63,880 nt of DNA, filler included, from Bigelowiella natans CCMP2755 (GCA_000320545.1; 4 parts of 4 records of this genome joined end to end with filler, not necessarily neighbours in it); one strand, 5' to 3'; counted from the whole stretch's first letter, positions 1-14,751 are shown. Program-made: numbers and translations. Notes: generated by a model not told the origin, from the letters alone.

Positions 1-480
1 GGGGGTATCCAGGAGGCCCAGTAAGATTCAACTCGTTATTCTGGAGCATGTACCATAGGGTGCAGTCGACTTTAGATCTGCCATCGTAGCAGCTCTCCTT
101 GTGTACAAATGCAAAATGACGCAAAGAGGAGTACTTTTAGTTATGGCCCCCCCCGCACAGCGTGTAAACACATACACAGCGCGACATTTGGAATCCACCA
201 ACGCTTATCAGATATTTCCATCCCACGCAACCGCCTCTGGCTAACAATTCGTGAAAATTCCGGTGAATGTGGCGCAGTGCCGTGTTGACTCTTACCCCCC
301 CCCCCTCCCCTCTGCGGAGAGAATTTGTAATCGAGAATGAGAGACTGCTGCCGAGCTTCCAACTTCAACGTTGAAGTAAGATATAAGGCGCATAAATACT
401 TTCCGAAATTTCTGAAACCTCATGACCTTTTTACATCCGACATCCGAGGTATAGCTATTTTTCCATGAAATCGGCACCTA
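1..480 (-). CDS. Possible 5' exons of an unidentified gene running off the left end
   Basis: Protein-like open stretches on minus (…KKVMRFQKFRKVFMRLISYFNVEVGS…; …ESCYDGRSKVDCTLWYMLQNNELNLTGPPGYP) with candidate splice sites, divergent from EAF; no coherent model or family recognised. Confidence 0.25.
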
Positions 481-785
481 CCCCGGAACTAATCAGCCAA
501 AGCTTCCTCCTCCACCCTGAGCTGAGGGTAATTAGAATATTTTTGTTTGATGTTTTTACGATATAATAATTTTTCTCAAAATATTTCCCCCCAGTTCATA
601 CATCTTTTTACTGCAGGTACGAGGACAGAAAAATCGGTATTGTGGATATTCTTAGCTGACATTCTTGCCTTTTTCGCTCATGTAGGAATCGATCAGCTAC
701 AATAACGAAACTGTAAAAACCCCATGTATTTTGTATATTTTTCCCTTTTTTTCATTGTCGTAGTGAGGGAAATAGAAGTCGAAAA

Positions 786-2548
786 ATGGCTGCCGAGGAG
801 ACAGCGGCGGCCGCCGCAACAACGCCGGAAACACTGCAGAAGGTTGATGTTACGAAGGAATACAAGGTCGTAGATTTGTTTCATCCTTCATAAAGACCCA
901 TCACTTTCCTCTAAACGTAAGATACATAAGTTAGGTCGTCCTAGGGGCGAGTATGAGACACCAAGCCAAGGATGCGGAGGGGAGAGGTACACTATACATC
1001 AAGGTAGCCTGTTTGATACTCATGTTCAACTTCGTTTTCGCTTCCCTCCCCGGTTTATTCAGTACTCTACGGGTTTCGATACCGCTTCATCCCGCAGTCT
1101 GTCTCATCGTATAAAGAAGTAAGTTCGGTTGATGATGCAGGAGGAGGACGTTGGGAGGGGCGGCGTTGAGAACCATATATACATTCTCGGTTGTTTTGAT
1201 CACAGATAATCCTAAGGTCTACTAGGATATAGTGTACTTGATTTCCTTCTCCCGCTCGCCGCCCCACCCCAAGTGTTGTCCTATGATCTACCATGAGAGT
1301 GTGCCGTTTCAGGGCCAGGTAGAGGTGGACAACGGCCTTGGAAAAGTATGGCTGCGAAGCACAAATATACCAAACCAGCACATCGCATTCGAGGGGAAGT
1401 ACCAGCCCAACAAGCGAAATTCATGTAGTGAGCAATTGATATCATGTTCGCATTTTAACAATGCTTGTCGCGCAAAGAACGACCTCGCTGCGCTTATTCT
1501 TCGCCTTACTGACTGCTGATATATTTACAGCTGAGTACGCTCTAATATTCAACGGAACGGACTTCGTGTTGGAAAAGGTTTTCGCCATATATGTGTAGAT
1601 CGACACACATGATGCACACATATATGTATAGTATATATTGATATCATTCCAGTTTCTATATAATAATAAAGTATTTTAATCTTCATAATGCCATCTGTTC
1701 TATTGTTCTATTTTTGAATACTCTTTTTGTTTCGAAGTGCACTGGTGGGCTTCTCTCCCATCAACATCATCGTAGCTGCGCGTTTCTTGTAATCCCCATT
1801 CGCATCCCTCCTCCCTGTCATTGTTTTGAAGCTCGCCGGAGGCATCAAAGACCTCACAAATGAGTGCGTTCAAACACGGTATTCCCGCCACCAAAGACAA
1901 GGGATTATAGTGAACAATAAAGCATGCCATATATCTCCGCTCACTTGATGGCGACGCGATGTCTTTCTAAGTACTTATAATCGATGCTACTGACCATCTG
2001 GGTTCATACAAACACGGGGGGGGGGGGGGGAGGGGGGAAGGAGAGGTTGGGGCGAAGTTGCATCTCTGTCATCTCCCGTAACAAACGCCATCTTTTTGGG
2101 TAGAAAACGGCCATTTCACAGCTGGGAGCCGTCCATCCACCCTGCGCCAATTCCTAGAAACGACCGCAAACTAGACGGTGTTGCCGCTACTCCACAGAAT
2201 CAATACCAGCACAAGCGCCAACGTAGTGGCGAGGCCTCGTCGGCTAGGGCAGCCACGACATCTTCCGCCATTACAACAACGGTGCGACCAAGTTCAGGTT
2301 GCGTGAAGTCAGGAAAGGCTACGAATGACGCCGATTCCGACGCAGCGACTGCTAACGCCATTGAAAATACGACCGCACGTTCGAGTACACCCGCAGCTCA
2401 ATCAAACGTTTTGAGCACTGAGATAACCAATAGTAATGATATAGAGCAAAGGGGGGGGGTAGGCGGTATGAAGACGACAGAAGAAGATTCCAGCAGCATT
2501 AGTAGCAGTAGCAGTAGCAGTAGCAGTAGTAGCGACGAAGAGGGGTAG
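786..2548 (+). CDS. EAF: ELL-associated factor (EAF) family transcription elongation factor, multi-exon
   Basis: Spliced GT-AG model MAAEET…EYK|VVLGASM…GR|VLYGFRYRFIPQSVSSYKE|GQVEVDNG…IAFEGKYQPNKRNS|SEYALIFNGTDFVLEK|LAGGIKDLT NE|KRPF…SSSSSDEEG*. It matches the EAF domain pattern (VxLG, YxFxPxS, FxG, ExxLIFxGxxFxLE) with a Ser/acidic tail; intron phases are consistent. Confidence 0.8.
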
Positions 2549-2587
2549 GAATGCAAAGCTACTGTGCTTACTTAGATTTTGAAAGCT

Positions 2588-2713
2588 TGCAGCATTTGTC
2601 CACGTTGTCCAGATCCTTCCGTGTGCACATATGAGACGGATGTAATCAATCAATTAAATTTGCTCAATAGCCATCCTTATGTAGCTGTACAATGCAGTAA
2701 ATGTTAAATCGTA
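2588..2713 (+). repeat. Direct repeat A copy 1 (copy 2 at 5396-5532)
   Basis: tgcagcatttgtccacgttgtcc…gagacggatgtaatcaatca…aatcgta occurs at 2588 and 5396; differences are mostly C/T and G/A. Confidence 0.9.
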
Positions 2714-3182
2714 TGCGGGCGACCCCAAGCTCATGTGACCACAAAATCCATGAATTGTTTCACACACCAAAATGAGCGCTGTTTTGGGCTGCAGCGCGCT
2801 CACTTTTGCGAGTTTTCAGCCGCCGATGCGCGGAAAATGTCATGGTCTGTTGCAAATGATGTGCAAAAAATCCGCATCACTTCCCTCATTTTGACATTGT
2901 CACATGCATCGATTTTGCAAAAGTGTGTGCTCGCCCAACAGTTAATCTATGCACTTGCCCGCTCTAGCGCTGTGCATGCAAATTTTCTCGCGCATTATAG
3001 ACACGTAATATCATATCATATATATATTATATATGCTATTACTATGTCTATTATGCGCTTTGCGCGAGCCCTACGTGAGAACGAACAAAACAACATCCTG
3101 ACCAATGACCTGACGTTGTGCATGCACAGAGACACGACACATCGCATCAATGCATCAAGCACAATGCATTTGTCGTGTGCAT

Positions 3183-3600
3183 CACACTGCACTCACTTCG
3201 TCTCCCAGCAGAGCAGCGGAGGCGGCAGAGGTGGCAAGTGAACACTGCATTCACTTCGTCCTGGCAGATCAGCAGAGGCGGCACAGGTGGCAAAAACGAA
3301 TGTGTGGTCTCCCAACGTTTTGCATGTGAATTTTGGAAGAATTTCAGGTGAATTCCCATGAATTCAAATTCCCTTGAATGTGTGGTCTCCTAACATTTTG
3401 TCTGTGAGTTTTTGGAGAATTTTGGGCGAATTCCTAGGACATGAAATTGCAGATCATTTTCGGACAGTGATCTGCGGACAGACTTCGGACAAAATTCATG
3501 GGTCATCTTCGGACACAATGCACATGTCTTGGGACACCTTCGGATTTTCCAAGAGACACAATGATCTTCGGACACATTCGGACACATTCGGACACGTCGG
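3183..3600 (+). repeat. Tandem subrepeats (~60-bp x2, ~79-bp x2, ttcggacac units); gaattcccatgaattcaaattcccttg recurs at ~3978
   Basis: Directly visible repeated units. Confidence 0.8.
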
Positions 3601-4059
3601 ACTATCTCATGATGCCCCAGTGATTCAGATCACAAATCTGGGATTGAAAACTGAAATGGAATCAATGCCAATCATGTGCAATTTTTTCAAAGACAATGAA
3701 TTTTTCTAATTGGATGGATGTGATCCTTTTGATCTTCACAATCACCTTTTGGAATTGTGTATTGAAATGAAAGGAAGAAACATGGAACGCAAAAAATGCA
3801 AAACAACTTTTGTTCCAAATGGAAAAATTAAAACTTTGAAAAATTCATTGAAAAAAAATGAAAATTTGACATTTTGTTTCATTTTCAAATTTGCTGATGA
3901 AATTGAACATGTTTGATGCAATGGAGATGTTTTCAACACATTTGGAATTGATTGAAAATGCATGTCTAGGAATTCCAGGAATTCCCATGAATTCAAATTC
4001 CCTTGGATTCGAATTTCCTTGAAGTCACACTGGCAACAATTCTCGTCGTTGTTGCAAGC

Positions 4060-4121
4060 AGAAAGATGCAGCAACTGAGAGAAAAACTGGGCGAGAGGGA
4101 GCGGGGTGGGGGGGGGAGGTT

Positions 4122-4160
<39 letters not shown>

Positions 4161-5180
4161 AAGAACAGGGAGAGTGAAGAGAAAGGAAGACCGCAGTCTT
4201 CGCAGCAACTGTTTTCGAGAGATGCCACTGCCACCACTGCTGCCACCACCACCATCGAAATGATGATGTGATTTGGCAAAATTTCTTCCATCATGGATGT
4301 GGGAACCTCCTTCGTTTTCACATCATCATCCCTTTGCATTTCATCTCCATTCCATCGCACTGCCATCACATCATCGTCACTGTCGCTGCCATCCATCGTC
4401 ATCACGTTTGGGGGATGATTGGGCTTGAAAACATCATCCGCAACAACAACAACTGCTGCTGCTGCTTTCCTCGGCGACCACACATCTGCTTGCAACCACA
4501 TTTTTCACGAAACACAACAAAACTGACGTCATCTGCCGCCACGACAGCCGCCTCGCTGCCGCCCTGCAGGGTGTGGCAGTTGGCGTGTCCGTCCAAAATG
4601 ACAGCAACTGATGCGTCCTACTGCAGTGGCACCCGCCGTTTGGTCCATTTTTTTGTGACATCATCTTGCACCCAATTGTGCATCGCCACTCGCTGCACAC
4701 GTGTCTTTCCGTGCACAATGAGAGCAGATGAATTCTTCCTCGCGCGCACGGGCATTGGATTTGTTGGCCACTTGCATGGGGTGTCGTGATGTGGGTCGCT
4801 GTCGGGAACAACAACAAGAAGTGATCACAAACTGGTGGATTCTTGATGTTGATTTGCCACATCGAGCCCGTCACTGACACATGGATCAAACGACCTTCGG
4901 AACGACAGTGATGACAATGATGCCCATCTTCATGGCATCATCACAACAACGTGGCGTGGCCAAGTCTTTTTTGCATTCAAAATTTCATCGATGACTCCCG
5001 CGCCACATTCCACCTTGTGAGTTCGTGATGAACAGCAATGCCTAGCATTGCATGGCAGTGGTCGACAAAGTGAATGAGTCGGAGTCTGCAGCTGCTGCAC
5101 GTGCGTGTGCAGTCGTCATTGGCTGCATGATGAGTGCTGGAGTGTTGCATGCGTCGCAGTGAGTTCTTGCACACGTGCTC
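4060..5180 (-). pseudogene. Degraded spliced gene fragment inside the TE island
   Basis: Protein-like pieces (KVECGAGVIDEILNAKKTWPR; HGKTRVQRVAMHNWVQDDVTKKWTKRRVPLQ; VILDGHANCHTLQGG) separated by host-like SSR tracts and broken by stops; family not recognised. Confidence 0.35.
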
Positions 5181-5194
5181 ACGTCACATCTAAT

Positions 5195-5397
5195 CTCTAG
5201 AACTCAGCAAAGCACGCACGGCATAGAAACATCATGCATGCGTAAAAAGATGCAGTCTAGTAGTGTCTGCAAAGATGCATTTGTGTCTCCACCACATCTA
5301 GCTATCCAGACATACTAGCACGCATGTGACCGACCTGCGCGCATTGTACTCCGCGATGCGCATGAGAGCGCGCTACACCAATCACTAGATCGCTGTG
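5195..5397 (+). repeat. Dispersed repeat B (copy at 19039-19251; partial copy ~5540-5650)
   Basis: ctctagaactc…gcacgcatgtgaccgacctgcgc…cattgtactccgcgatgc…catgagagcgcgctacac…cactagatc is shared between the loci. Confidence 0.9.
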
Positions 5398-5532
5398 CAG
5401 CATTTGTCCACGTTGTCCAATTCCTTCCGTGTGCATACATGAGACGGATGTAATCAATCAACTAAATTTGCTAAATAGCCATCCCTACATAGCTGTGCAA
5501 TGCAGCAGCTACAGCGCTAATGTTGAATCGTA
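5396..5532 (+). repeat. Direct repeat A copy 2
   Basis: Aligns to 2588-2713. Confidence 0.9.
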
Positions 5533-5661
5533 CACACATGTGCATGCGCATGCGTGAAAAGATGTAGTAGTCTAGTAGTGTCTACAAATATGCATTTGTC
5601 TCGGCCACATCTAGCAAGCCAGACATGCCACAACATGCGACCGACTCATGTCTACAGTGAG

Positions 5662-8600
5662 CTACCTACGCACAAACCCAACATCAGATTTTTCCACAAT
5701 GTGACCCTTGCACATTGTAACTGTTTCCTGTCGCCGATGCCTTTCCCAAACTTGTCTGCGAAGAAAGTCGATGTGTGGTGGTGACCATTCACCACTGTTG
5801 CCTTCACTCACTCTTTCCATCTTCACATCGTTGGAATTGTGCTTGGATTGATTCTCATCACCCAGCACGTGAGAATTCCTGAAATCATCGAACGTTGCCA
5901 AAAAATGGCGCTGTAGCATGTGGACTCTTTTGAGCTCACGAATTGTGTCTTCTTTTGTGGCAACCATGATGTCATTCAGCTTCACAAGACGCCATCCTAC
6001 GCTCACGACAGCCTTTGCCTGAGGGTACACGTGTGTAACGATGTTCTGTTTGTCCAGTCTGCAAACACCTTCATCAACGTCGAACTGGAAGGTAAGACTA
6101 GAATCGGAAACTCGGACATCATCAGTAGCAGGACAAAGACTACACACCATGAAACACGGAAAACAAGCATAGAGCATCGGGCCGGTAATGATGGCTTCTA
6201 ACCACAAAATCGTACACAAACGCGCGCCAAAATCTTGAGGTAAAGCGAGGATTGCAGCAACCATGATGTTCCAGTCTGCATCCTCTTTCTGTGCAGTTTG
6301 ATGTGCCAAAATAATTGCTACAAAAGCGCAACCCAAGGAGGCGATGATGCAAATAATCCCACCAAGGAAATCCCAAGTTTCCCATTGATTATGAGACGGG
6401 CGATGCATGCCCTTACTTTGTCCACAGCATCCTACCGTGCTCCTCTCTCCTTCTGTGGAACAGATTCTAACATTTGTCTCCTTTCTCCTTCCTCCTTCAG
6501 ATGACTTTGTTCGATTGTCATTTTTGTTCAATTTTGTAGAGTGAAATGTGCCATCTGCGTTTTTGTCGCTGATTGATTGGGTTGATACATTCAAGCGCCA
6601 GTTCGTTTTGAAACTCTGCACACTTTTGTTTCTCTCAAGTTTTTGGTATTTTGACTCTTTCGGTGAGCTAGCCGCATCAAACCCAACTGCACCTCCTATT
6701 CCTGCCCCTGAGGCAATGGCTGCAGTTTCTTGAAAATCATTTTTCTTATCTTTTTTTTTGTGGTTTTCATCGTCATCATCGTCTCCTTCTCCGACACGAT
6801 TTTCATTTGCATCTTCATCTGCACCACCATCATCTGCTTCAGCGTCATTTTCATCTTCAGCATTGAGACCAAAATCCAATTCTAACTCCCCCATTAGAAC
6901 AGTTACACCCCAAAGCAACCATGGCATTGCTCCCACAATTCCTAAGGGCGTGAAGCTCATCCTAAACTCGTTTGGAGTTTCCCTTGAAAATATTGTAGTA
7001 ACAAGGTAGGGTAATGGAAATCCGATAGCCATCGCCACAATGGCTACTGCAATATTTCCTTCAATGAAGCCTAGCCTTTGCTCTGTTCCTACCAAGAGTG
7101 CACATATAGCAGCTGCGTTGAAGACGAGGAGAGAAAGAATTAAAAGTCTCTTTTTGGAGTCCATGTAGTCTCCTGGCAACCGGATAAATATCGACATCCA
7201 AGGATGTCTCCTCCGCACGGCCAAATTAATTGACTTTCTCCAGTTAGCGTCAGACCGTGGTTCTTCTAAATGAAGCTTGCGCGATTGGTTTATGCTCCGA
7301 TAGAACTCACGCTCATGTACTGTTATCACTCCATGCGTTGTGGTTGCTGTCCGGTTGTCGAGAAACACAGCAAACACGAAGAGCAATATAAGAATTCCAG
7401 TCATGATTACAGTTAGTGCCATGGTAGGACTCTTCAGAAGGTTGTAAGCTTTCGTATCTTTGATGTCGCTCTCTGAGAATGTATTAACTTCCACTTGGAA
7501 CGTGGGCCTCGTGCTAAAAACAGTTAAATGTGTTGATTCACACATATGATTTCCACTCGAGGTCAAGCCAATGTATTTAACGCCGTCCGTGCTCCATTGG
7601 CTTGAAGATTCGTCCCAAAAGACACATTCACGGACTGCAGTAGTGTCACCTTGCATTGGCAATGAATCACCATTGTTGTCAGAGGTGATTTGGATTCGAT
7701 ATGGGGAGTTTCTTTTGCTTGCCGTCTTGACAATGACTGCTTCCCCTGTCGGCAATACTGCCTTGATCTCTACGATGGCTAGCCCACTCGTATGATTAGT
7801 TGTGATGTTCTTTGGGAAAGGAAAGATAGACCCTCCTCTTCCTCCCGTAATGGCAACGTATCCCATTTGTATACTTGTGGTGCCACTACTGTTTGCAATA
7901 TAAACCATGTCTAACCCAACGATGGCCCTTTCAAGGCTTGATAGAGACATGTTTACATTTTTACCCACATTCGCCCGCAACGAAGAGATAGAAATGCTTA
8001 TTTCCCCCATTATACTACTTTGAGTCCCTGCAACGAGTCCATCTTCCCCAGGAACAAGATCCACTGCCAACATAGTTGATAGGTTGGATAGAATATATTG
8101 AACATTCATAGAGTCGATGATTTCCGTTCTCCTATTTGTAGTCGCCTTAACAGAGACATAATGAGCAGCAGTGAGGAGGTTCGAAATCGCACCACTTGCT
8201 GCTGTGACAGTACTTATCTCCTCTTCTGCTAAGAACGAGTTTCCATCGTAAGAATCTATGATTCCTTCAACTAGATCTAGTGTCGAATCTGTGATATTGT
8301 TCGTGATCTCATTAGGACGTCCAACAGTCGTAAGTGTTTCTGCCAGTCGAGCCACAACCACGAGCTTCAATGAGGAGGCTGTATCTTTGTATGTTTTCAC
8401 TGCCGTTTTGACTTTGCCCAGTAGCTCTTCTCGCTCCTCTCCTGCATCATATTCAGAAGTCTGTGATACACCGATGTTTGACGAGAGGTACGATGCCACT
8501 GCGGCAGCTTCCATTACAAACGACTCAGTATCTCCCTCTTGTAGACGCTCCCCAAGTGCAGAATTTATTTCCGTAAAGTTAATTACACTCGGTTGCGTCA

Positions 8601-11598
8601 CATTTACACTAAAATAAAAATAACTCTGTGCACCCAAATTGTCACTGATAATTGCTCTGACAAGCAGTCGATTATCGGAAGAAGAAGAAGAAGAAGAAGA
8701 CGAAGGAGAAGAAGAAGAAGAAACACCAGTTAATTTCGTCTTGTAGGACTGCAGGCTACGGAATCGACATATGTCTAGGAATTTTGCACTTGGGCTGGAA
8801 CATTCCTGAGAATCTAGCACAGTTTGCGTATTGTGGACTTGAACTACTTGAAATTTGTATTTTAGTGGAAGATCTCCTTCATAATCTACAAAGCTTTCAC
8901 ACACGAGGAGGAAATCGGTTTCGAGAGCAACTCCGAACTTTGGATATGAAGAGCAACCTCCAGCACTTGGAGGAGAGTTGGTTCGAATAACCAGCGATGC
9001 AGAGCCTGTGGCCTAGGTTTTTTGTGCATCAAACATAATTCATTGATTCAAAATGATCGCAAGTGTAAACATGCACACATTTACAACGTATTATGCCTCT
9101 CTATGTGTATCAATGAATGTATGCCTGCTATATCATAGTTTATTGTTTCTGTTCAGTGCTAGATCTCACTGTGGAAAGGTATCGGTTGTAGACTCAAACA
9201 TTATAATGTGATCGTTTTTGCACACAATTATTATACCAAAACTGCTCCGATTTGCACCGATGATCGAGCATTAAAACGATAATATTTCCCGGGAATAAGC
9301 ACGTTTGGGGCAATGATAAGGTCTCTCGCATCAACTGCTGAGCGTAAATTTCTACGATCCGAGATGTTAAAGTCTATCGCATCACAGGACCACGATAAAG
9401 CTAGAGATGCATCATCATCTTCGGAACCCGAACTGTCTACACGAGTTACTTTTGCACTTAATATAAGTTTTTCTCTCGTGTCATGAACTCCATTTATGAC
9501 TGGAGAACTAATGCTTACCTAATTACCAGGGTGAATCAAAGAGCAAATACATATTATACTTTGTCCAATCAGCTAGAGATCTTACTGGCAAAGTATATCC
9601 ACATTACACTCTTCAACGGTTGAAGCTCTCCTTACTAAAATCAATGATGAGTAGACTCTGTCTACTACCTTAGGGGCTGGATGAGACGTTGTAAGGAGTG
9701 TTTGTGATGCAGTTGTGTTTGTAGCTAGTGTACGGTTGCTACTGACGCGCACTCGCACTTCGTAACGACTGTGAAGAATCGAAAAATATGTTAGATCTCA
9801 AATCGGTACGTCAATCGCATTACATATTCCAGCATTAGCCATACTCCATATATCTCCCACAAGCATGCTGAGCTTATCACTTAACACGAGTAGTATACAT
9901 ATATGTATCTTGCATGCAGCATGGGGGAAACCATGTGCCATAAATATCTCTCTGCCTTTGTGTGATACATATCAATAAACACCATAAGTTTAAATGTATG
10001 TCAGGAAGCACAAGATTCTACTTACCGATTTGCTACGAGCTGTGAAGTCGAGAGAGAAATCACAGCACTGGTAGATACAAGTTGCGATTCAGTGTTAGTC
10101 GAGGAATCATAAATGGACCAAGAGAAGGACAGGGATTCTGGCGAAGAAGGATATCCTGGATCCATAGAGGAGGACGCATCGATTTGGAGACTGTATGCGG
10201 CAGCTGCAGGTACTATTGGCACGGTTCGGGTCGATCCTAAAACACGATATGAAACAAATAAGCACACGAATAGAAGGATTTAAAAATCCAATTATGAGCA
10301 CAAAGCTTCATCTTGATACCAGTCATTTCAATGCAACCCGTCTTATTTTAAGCAAACAGTAGTCGTACCTCCTTTGATCCGGGCTCGAAGAGGCTCATCC
10401 ACAACGTTAACATTAAAAATAACAGCTTTTTGCCCCACAGTGGTATTAGAAAGTATTGATACAACTTTAGCGACAAACTGCAGCTGGTAGAATGACATTG
10501 GCTGAAGAGATAAGGCAGGGATGCGTATGGAAGGCGATCTGGTGCTGGATAACGAAATCTGGTGAGGCCCTTTTAACTGTCTCCAGAAAGTGTCAACACG
10601 AAGATTTCCTGAACATTTTGGGATGCGAACCTGAACAAAAGCATGACTGAAGATATAACATCCTTCTCTAAGCATAATTTTCTTGAATAATGGGTTACGG
10701 TTGTTCTATGATTTGCAATATTCCAAAGCCTTCATCCTTAATACCACATGTTGTTTTTAACTCTTACCTGCACGTGGATATCCGTCACTTCACTGCGTCT
10801 AGCCGTAATGTTGGGAGAACAGCTAAGCCTCAAAATAGGAAGTATGTTGTGGACCTATATGGTTCATTAAATTTACAGTTGTCGGCATATAATTGACACA
10901 CTTGACACCCTTAGAATAGCAGCATGAGCAACGAAAAGGCCACGATGGTAGTTTAAGTCCTGATGTACGATTCTCGGAAGACATCTTTAGTTCCCAGCTA
11001 CAGCTAGCAATACAATGCATATCCCTAACTCATCGCAAACCTTGGAGACACGAAGATGCGCTGTCGCAGAGTCATTCAGCCAGTTCTTGACTGTGACCGC
11101 AACAGTTACATTCTGCCCCAAGGGGATCTGTGTTCCATTAAGGACGAAAACACTTGTCGTTGTCTGCGCTGCGACTGTGCTGAGCGACCTTTCCCATTTC
11201 AATCCCGTGTTGTTCACAATAGCCCAAGAATATCTACGGGGAGTGAAAAGGAGTTGAGTTGCAGGGCAAATTACTATGCGCATATTCAATTAAAAAACGA
11301 ATTTGTTGGATTTTACATGAAAGGCTTTGCCAGAGATCCTTCGCCATTAGCTGTGATTTCAGAAACACCGTCACATAGGCCAATGGTCGTTTCTCCCACG
11401 AGATTTACACCTGGAACCGTTGTTTCTGAGGCATGAGTGACAACCTGAAATACAAATCCTGATGTGAGCAATTTGAATACGAAAACCGCAAGAATAAATG
11501 ATTCAGTAAACAATAATTCTCGTTCTCGACACACTGTTTTTCAACTTAAAGCGCAATATATTACGGCAAATAAAGTATATAAGTAATATGTTTGCACA

Positions 11599-11637
<39 letters not shown>

Positions 11638-11681
11638 TGTATGATACATGTAGATGTACAATATATTAGATAGTATTTGTA

Positions 11682-11719
<38 letters not shown>

Positions 11720-12530
11720 TGTGCGAACGCGCGCATACAGGTCGTTTAAGACCATATTGGATTGTAAAGCTTCGTAGATATGTGCATTTACATAGAGATA
11801 AACTTATATTGCATAAGTAATACTATACCACTTGAGAATAACTATTGACATCTTGAGTATTGTTCGCTGAGGCGATCGTGCTTGCCTTAAGCGTTAAACT
11901 GCCACTAGGAACTAGGGTGAATCCAGCACCCAAAACAACCACGAGAGTGTAGGCATCTTCCCAATAGCAGCTAGATGGCATAGCCAAAAACACAGAAACA
12001 ATAATTAAGATGTTGATTTAAAGAAAGAAGCCCTTGATCGTCAAATACCGGTGATTGCTTCCTAGGGAAGCCACCGAAGAATCGGTGAAAAGAACTGCGC
12101 ATGACACGGCCGGCTGACTCGTAGCCATGTTGAACTTTATTTTTGCGGTTTGATACGAAGCAGAAAATTGTCCAGAGGTGGGAACAGGGCCAGCAAACTG
12201 AAATATGCATCGGACGGAGGTACCAAAGGTTAACGGATTCACACCAAACTGCAAACAGCAGCAATTTCATCTTCTGATGGAAATGTGCCAAAGAAAGAAA
12301 ACAAAGGTAGAGCTCGTTATCGTTGAGGGATATGGCAGGATTCCTCATTTCACGAGTTTCTGATATTTCGTGCTGTTTGTCTATGAGTGCCATCCACAAA
12401 AGATTATACGAAAGAATGGGCAAGAAAATAGTTCGCATGATTGGCAGCAAAAATATTATACAAACCCGAATTCATCAGCTGCTCGCATATATCAGAGCGC
12501 GTACATGTACACACGCACACACACACACAC

Positions 12531-12581
<51 letters not shown>

Positions 12582-13293
12582 TACAAACATTCTAAATTGC
12601 AAGATGTAGATCTGCCTTACCCCAGAGGGCATCTTTGTCGGTGCTGTAGTTGGAGCAGTGGTTGGGAATGCAGTGGTTGGGGATTCAGTGGTTGGGGATT
12701 CAGTGGTTGGGGATGCAGTGGTTGGGAATGTAGTGGTTGGGGATTCAGTGGTTGGGGATGCAGTGGTTGGGGACTCAGTGGTTGGGGACTCAGTGGTTGG
12801 GGATGCAGAGGATCCAGATACTGGTGAAGTAGAGGGTACAGTCGAAGGTGTAGTCGAAGGCGCATTACTCGCAATTACGATAGGTGTGTCAGGAAACTCA
12901 ACGATTCCCCTTAACCTTCCCATGCTCTATGTACGTGGAGTATGAACATTCAAAGGATCGGATATTAGTCATCGTTTTCACATTATCCGTGTTGGATGGG
13001 ATGCGCTCTCCTTTCATGAGGAGGAGAGTGTAGGACGCATACCGGCTGTGCCAAAAATATATGGCTCGCGTTCGATGGAAGATGAGTAATTCCGAAGGAT
13101 TGACCTATCCTAAAACGACAATGACAAACATCACAGACGGCACAACGGTCTTGTGCGTGGAGGTGCTTTCGTTTCAATGCTATCCTTCCCCCTTCCGTTG
13201 CCCTCCTTGTTCTGTGTTTTCAAACACGTATTGTGTATTGAATATGCATGCACTCAACTGGGCCGAGGATCCAGGTCCATCCAGACTCGCCTG

Positions 13294-13343
<50 letters not shown>

Positions 13344-14570
13344 ACATGTATTTGTGTGCACATCCATATGATTAAAGCTCTTGTTAGTAGTACAGCATCG
13401 CAGAAGAATAGTATACATGTCATTGTCCTATGAACGACCATTCGGTAAGACAAAAATGCTTTCGATAATAGTCAAAGTATCTTCTCCTGCTGCCGCAAAG
13501 TTAGATCTATGCGACTAGCTGAAGACCAATTTTCAGTGGGGAAATACCCCTCAGTAAGGAATATTTCAAAGATTCTTCTTATTAAGGTTTGCTACTTCTT
13601 GACTTGGAACCAAAAAAATTGTGATGCATTTTAACGCCGATGAAAATCCGAACGAATTATGTCCATGAGCGAGGAGTATCGTGAGTCGAGAATAACAGTA
13701 TATTCCGTCGTCATTCTCATATTTATCGATGACTGTTTGTGTATTGAGGCTGTCATTTCTGTACTTATTATTACCCGGGTTCCGTCTCCAGCAAGCGATT
13801 CTACCACGAATGAGTTTAAGTTCAACCTGCGAACTTTAGAGTCGGAGGAAGAGGAAGAGCCCTATATGCATAATTCCGTGTATATCAATTGCTTCTCAAT
13901 ATTTTCTCATCTGCACAACATTACGGCTTTCTTCGCTCGCCTCCCACCGCCACAATGCACACAGATCGGTACCTCCAGCATTTTTTTTACATTTTCGGAA
14001 GAAATTCACGAAAGGCTCAGGAGTAATGGCAAGGCTTCAATACCCGTTCCACAGTTATTATTCGAATACTTGCGACTGAAATTAAATTTGGTCTACTGTC
14101 TTCTTTTTCTATTCCGCCGGGTCGATTACCATTTGAGAGATGTAGAGCATATTCCTTTGTCTGATTGTTTTCATTTTATTATTTCGTAGCAAAAGATATT
14201 TCTATCAGAGATTGAAGGAATACTTTTGTCCTTAATTAGATACACTCTATTCTTCCATGCTACATTTGTTTTAGTACTTTATGTGCACGCGTGTGGATCT
14301 GCATCCTCTCTCCCATTGTCGTACACACTATTGTTATCGGTGTTGGTGTGACACTGCGACAGAGTACACAGGTTTCGAAAACTCTCTTCATTCTGATATT
14401 GCGCTTTTTACTCTCATTAGTACTCGTTGAGTGAGATGTAGATCGGAAAGTAGAACGTCGCACTGGTTGCAGGTCTGCAGCACATAGAGAGGTATACAAA
14501 GAGAGGAGAGATTATAGTAATGGTTCAGTGACCGAAATACATCATTCCTTCTCTAAGATTTGTAAGAAAC

Positions 14571-14612
<42 letters not shown>

Positions 14613-14751
14613 TGAGTGATAAATAGAGAGAATTGTGGTGGAAGGACATTTAAACGATGGTATACTAACAAACAAACACTGTGCCCCTCTCTTCTCTCTT
14701 AAGTTGGACAAATCATTCCCATTGATTTTTATTCGTTTTCCCCTTCCCATC

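Larger units (their letters stand above)
2560..5660. mobile_element. Decayed TE-like island between convergent genes
   Basis: CATG/TGCA/CTAG-rich, internal tandem subrepeats, dispersed repeats shared with 19039-19251, no intact ORF. Confidence 0.6.

Noticed and set aside
12655-12808. CRISPR-like regular repeat
   Set aside because: Contiguous 15-mers without spacers, encoding a PT-rich stalk; eukaryotic context, no cas genes.
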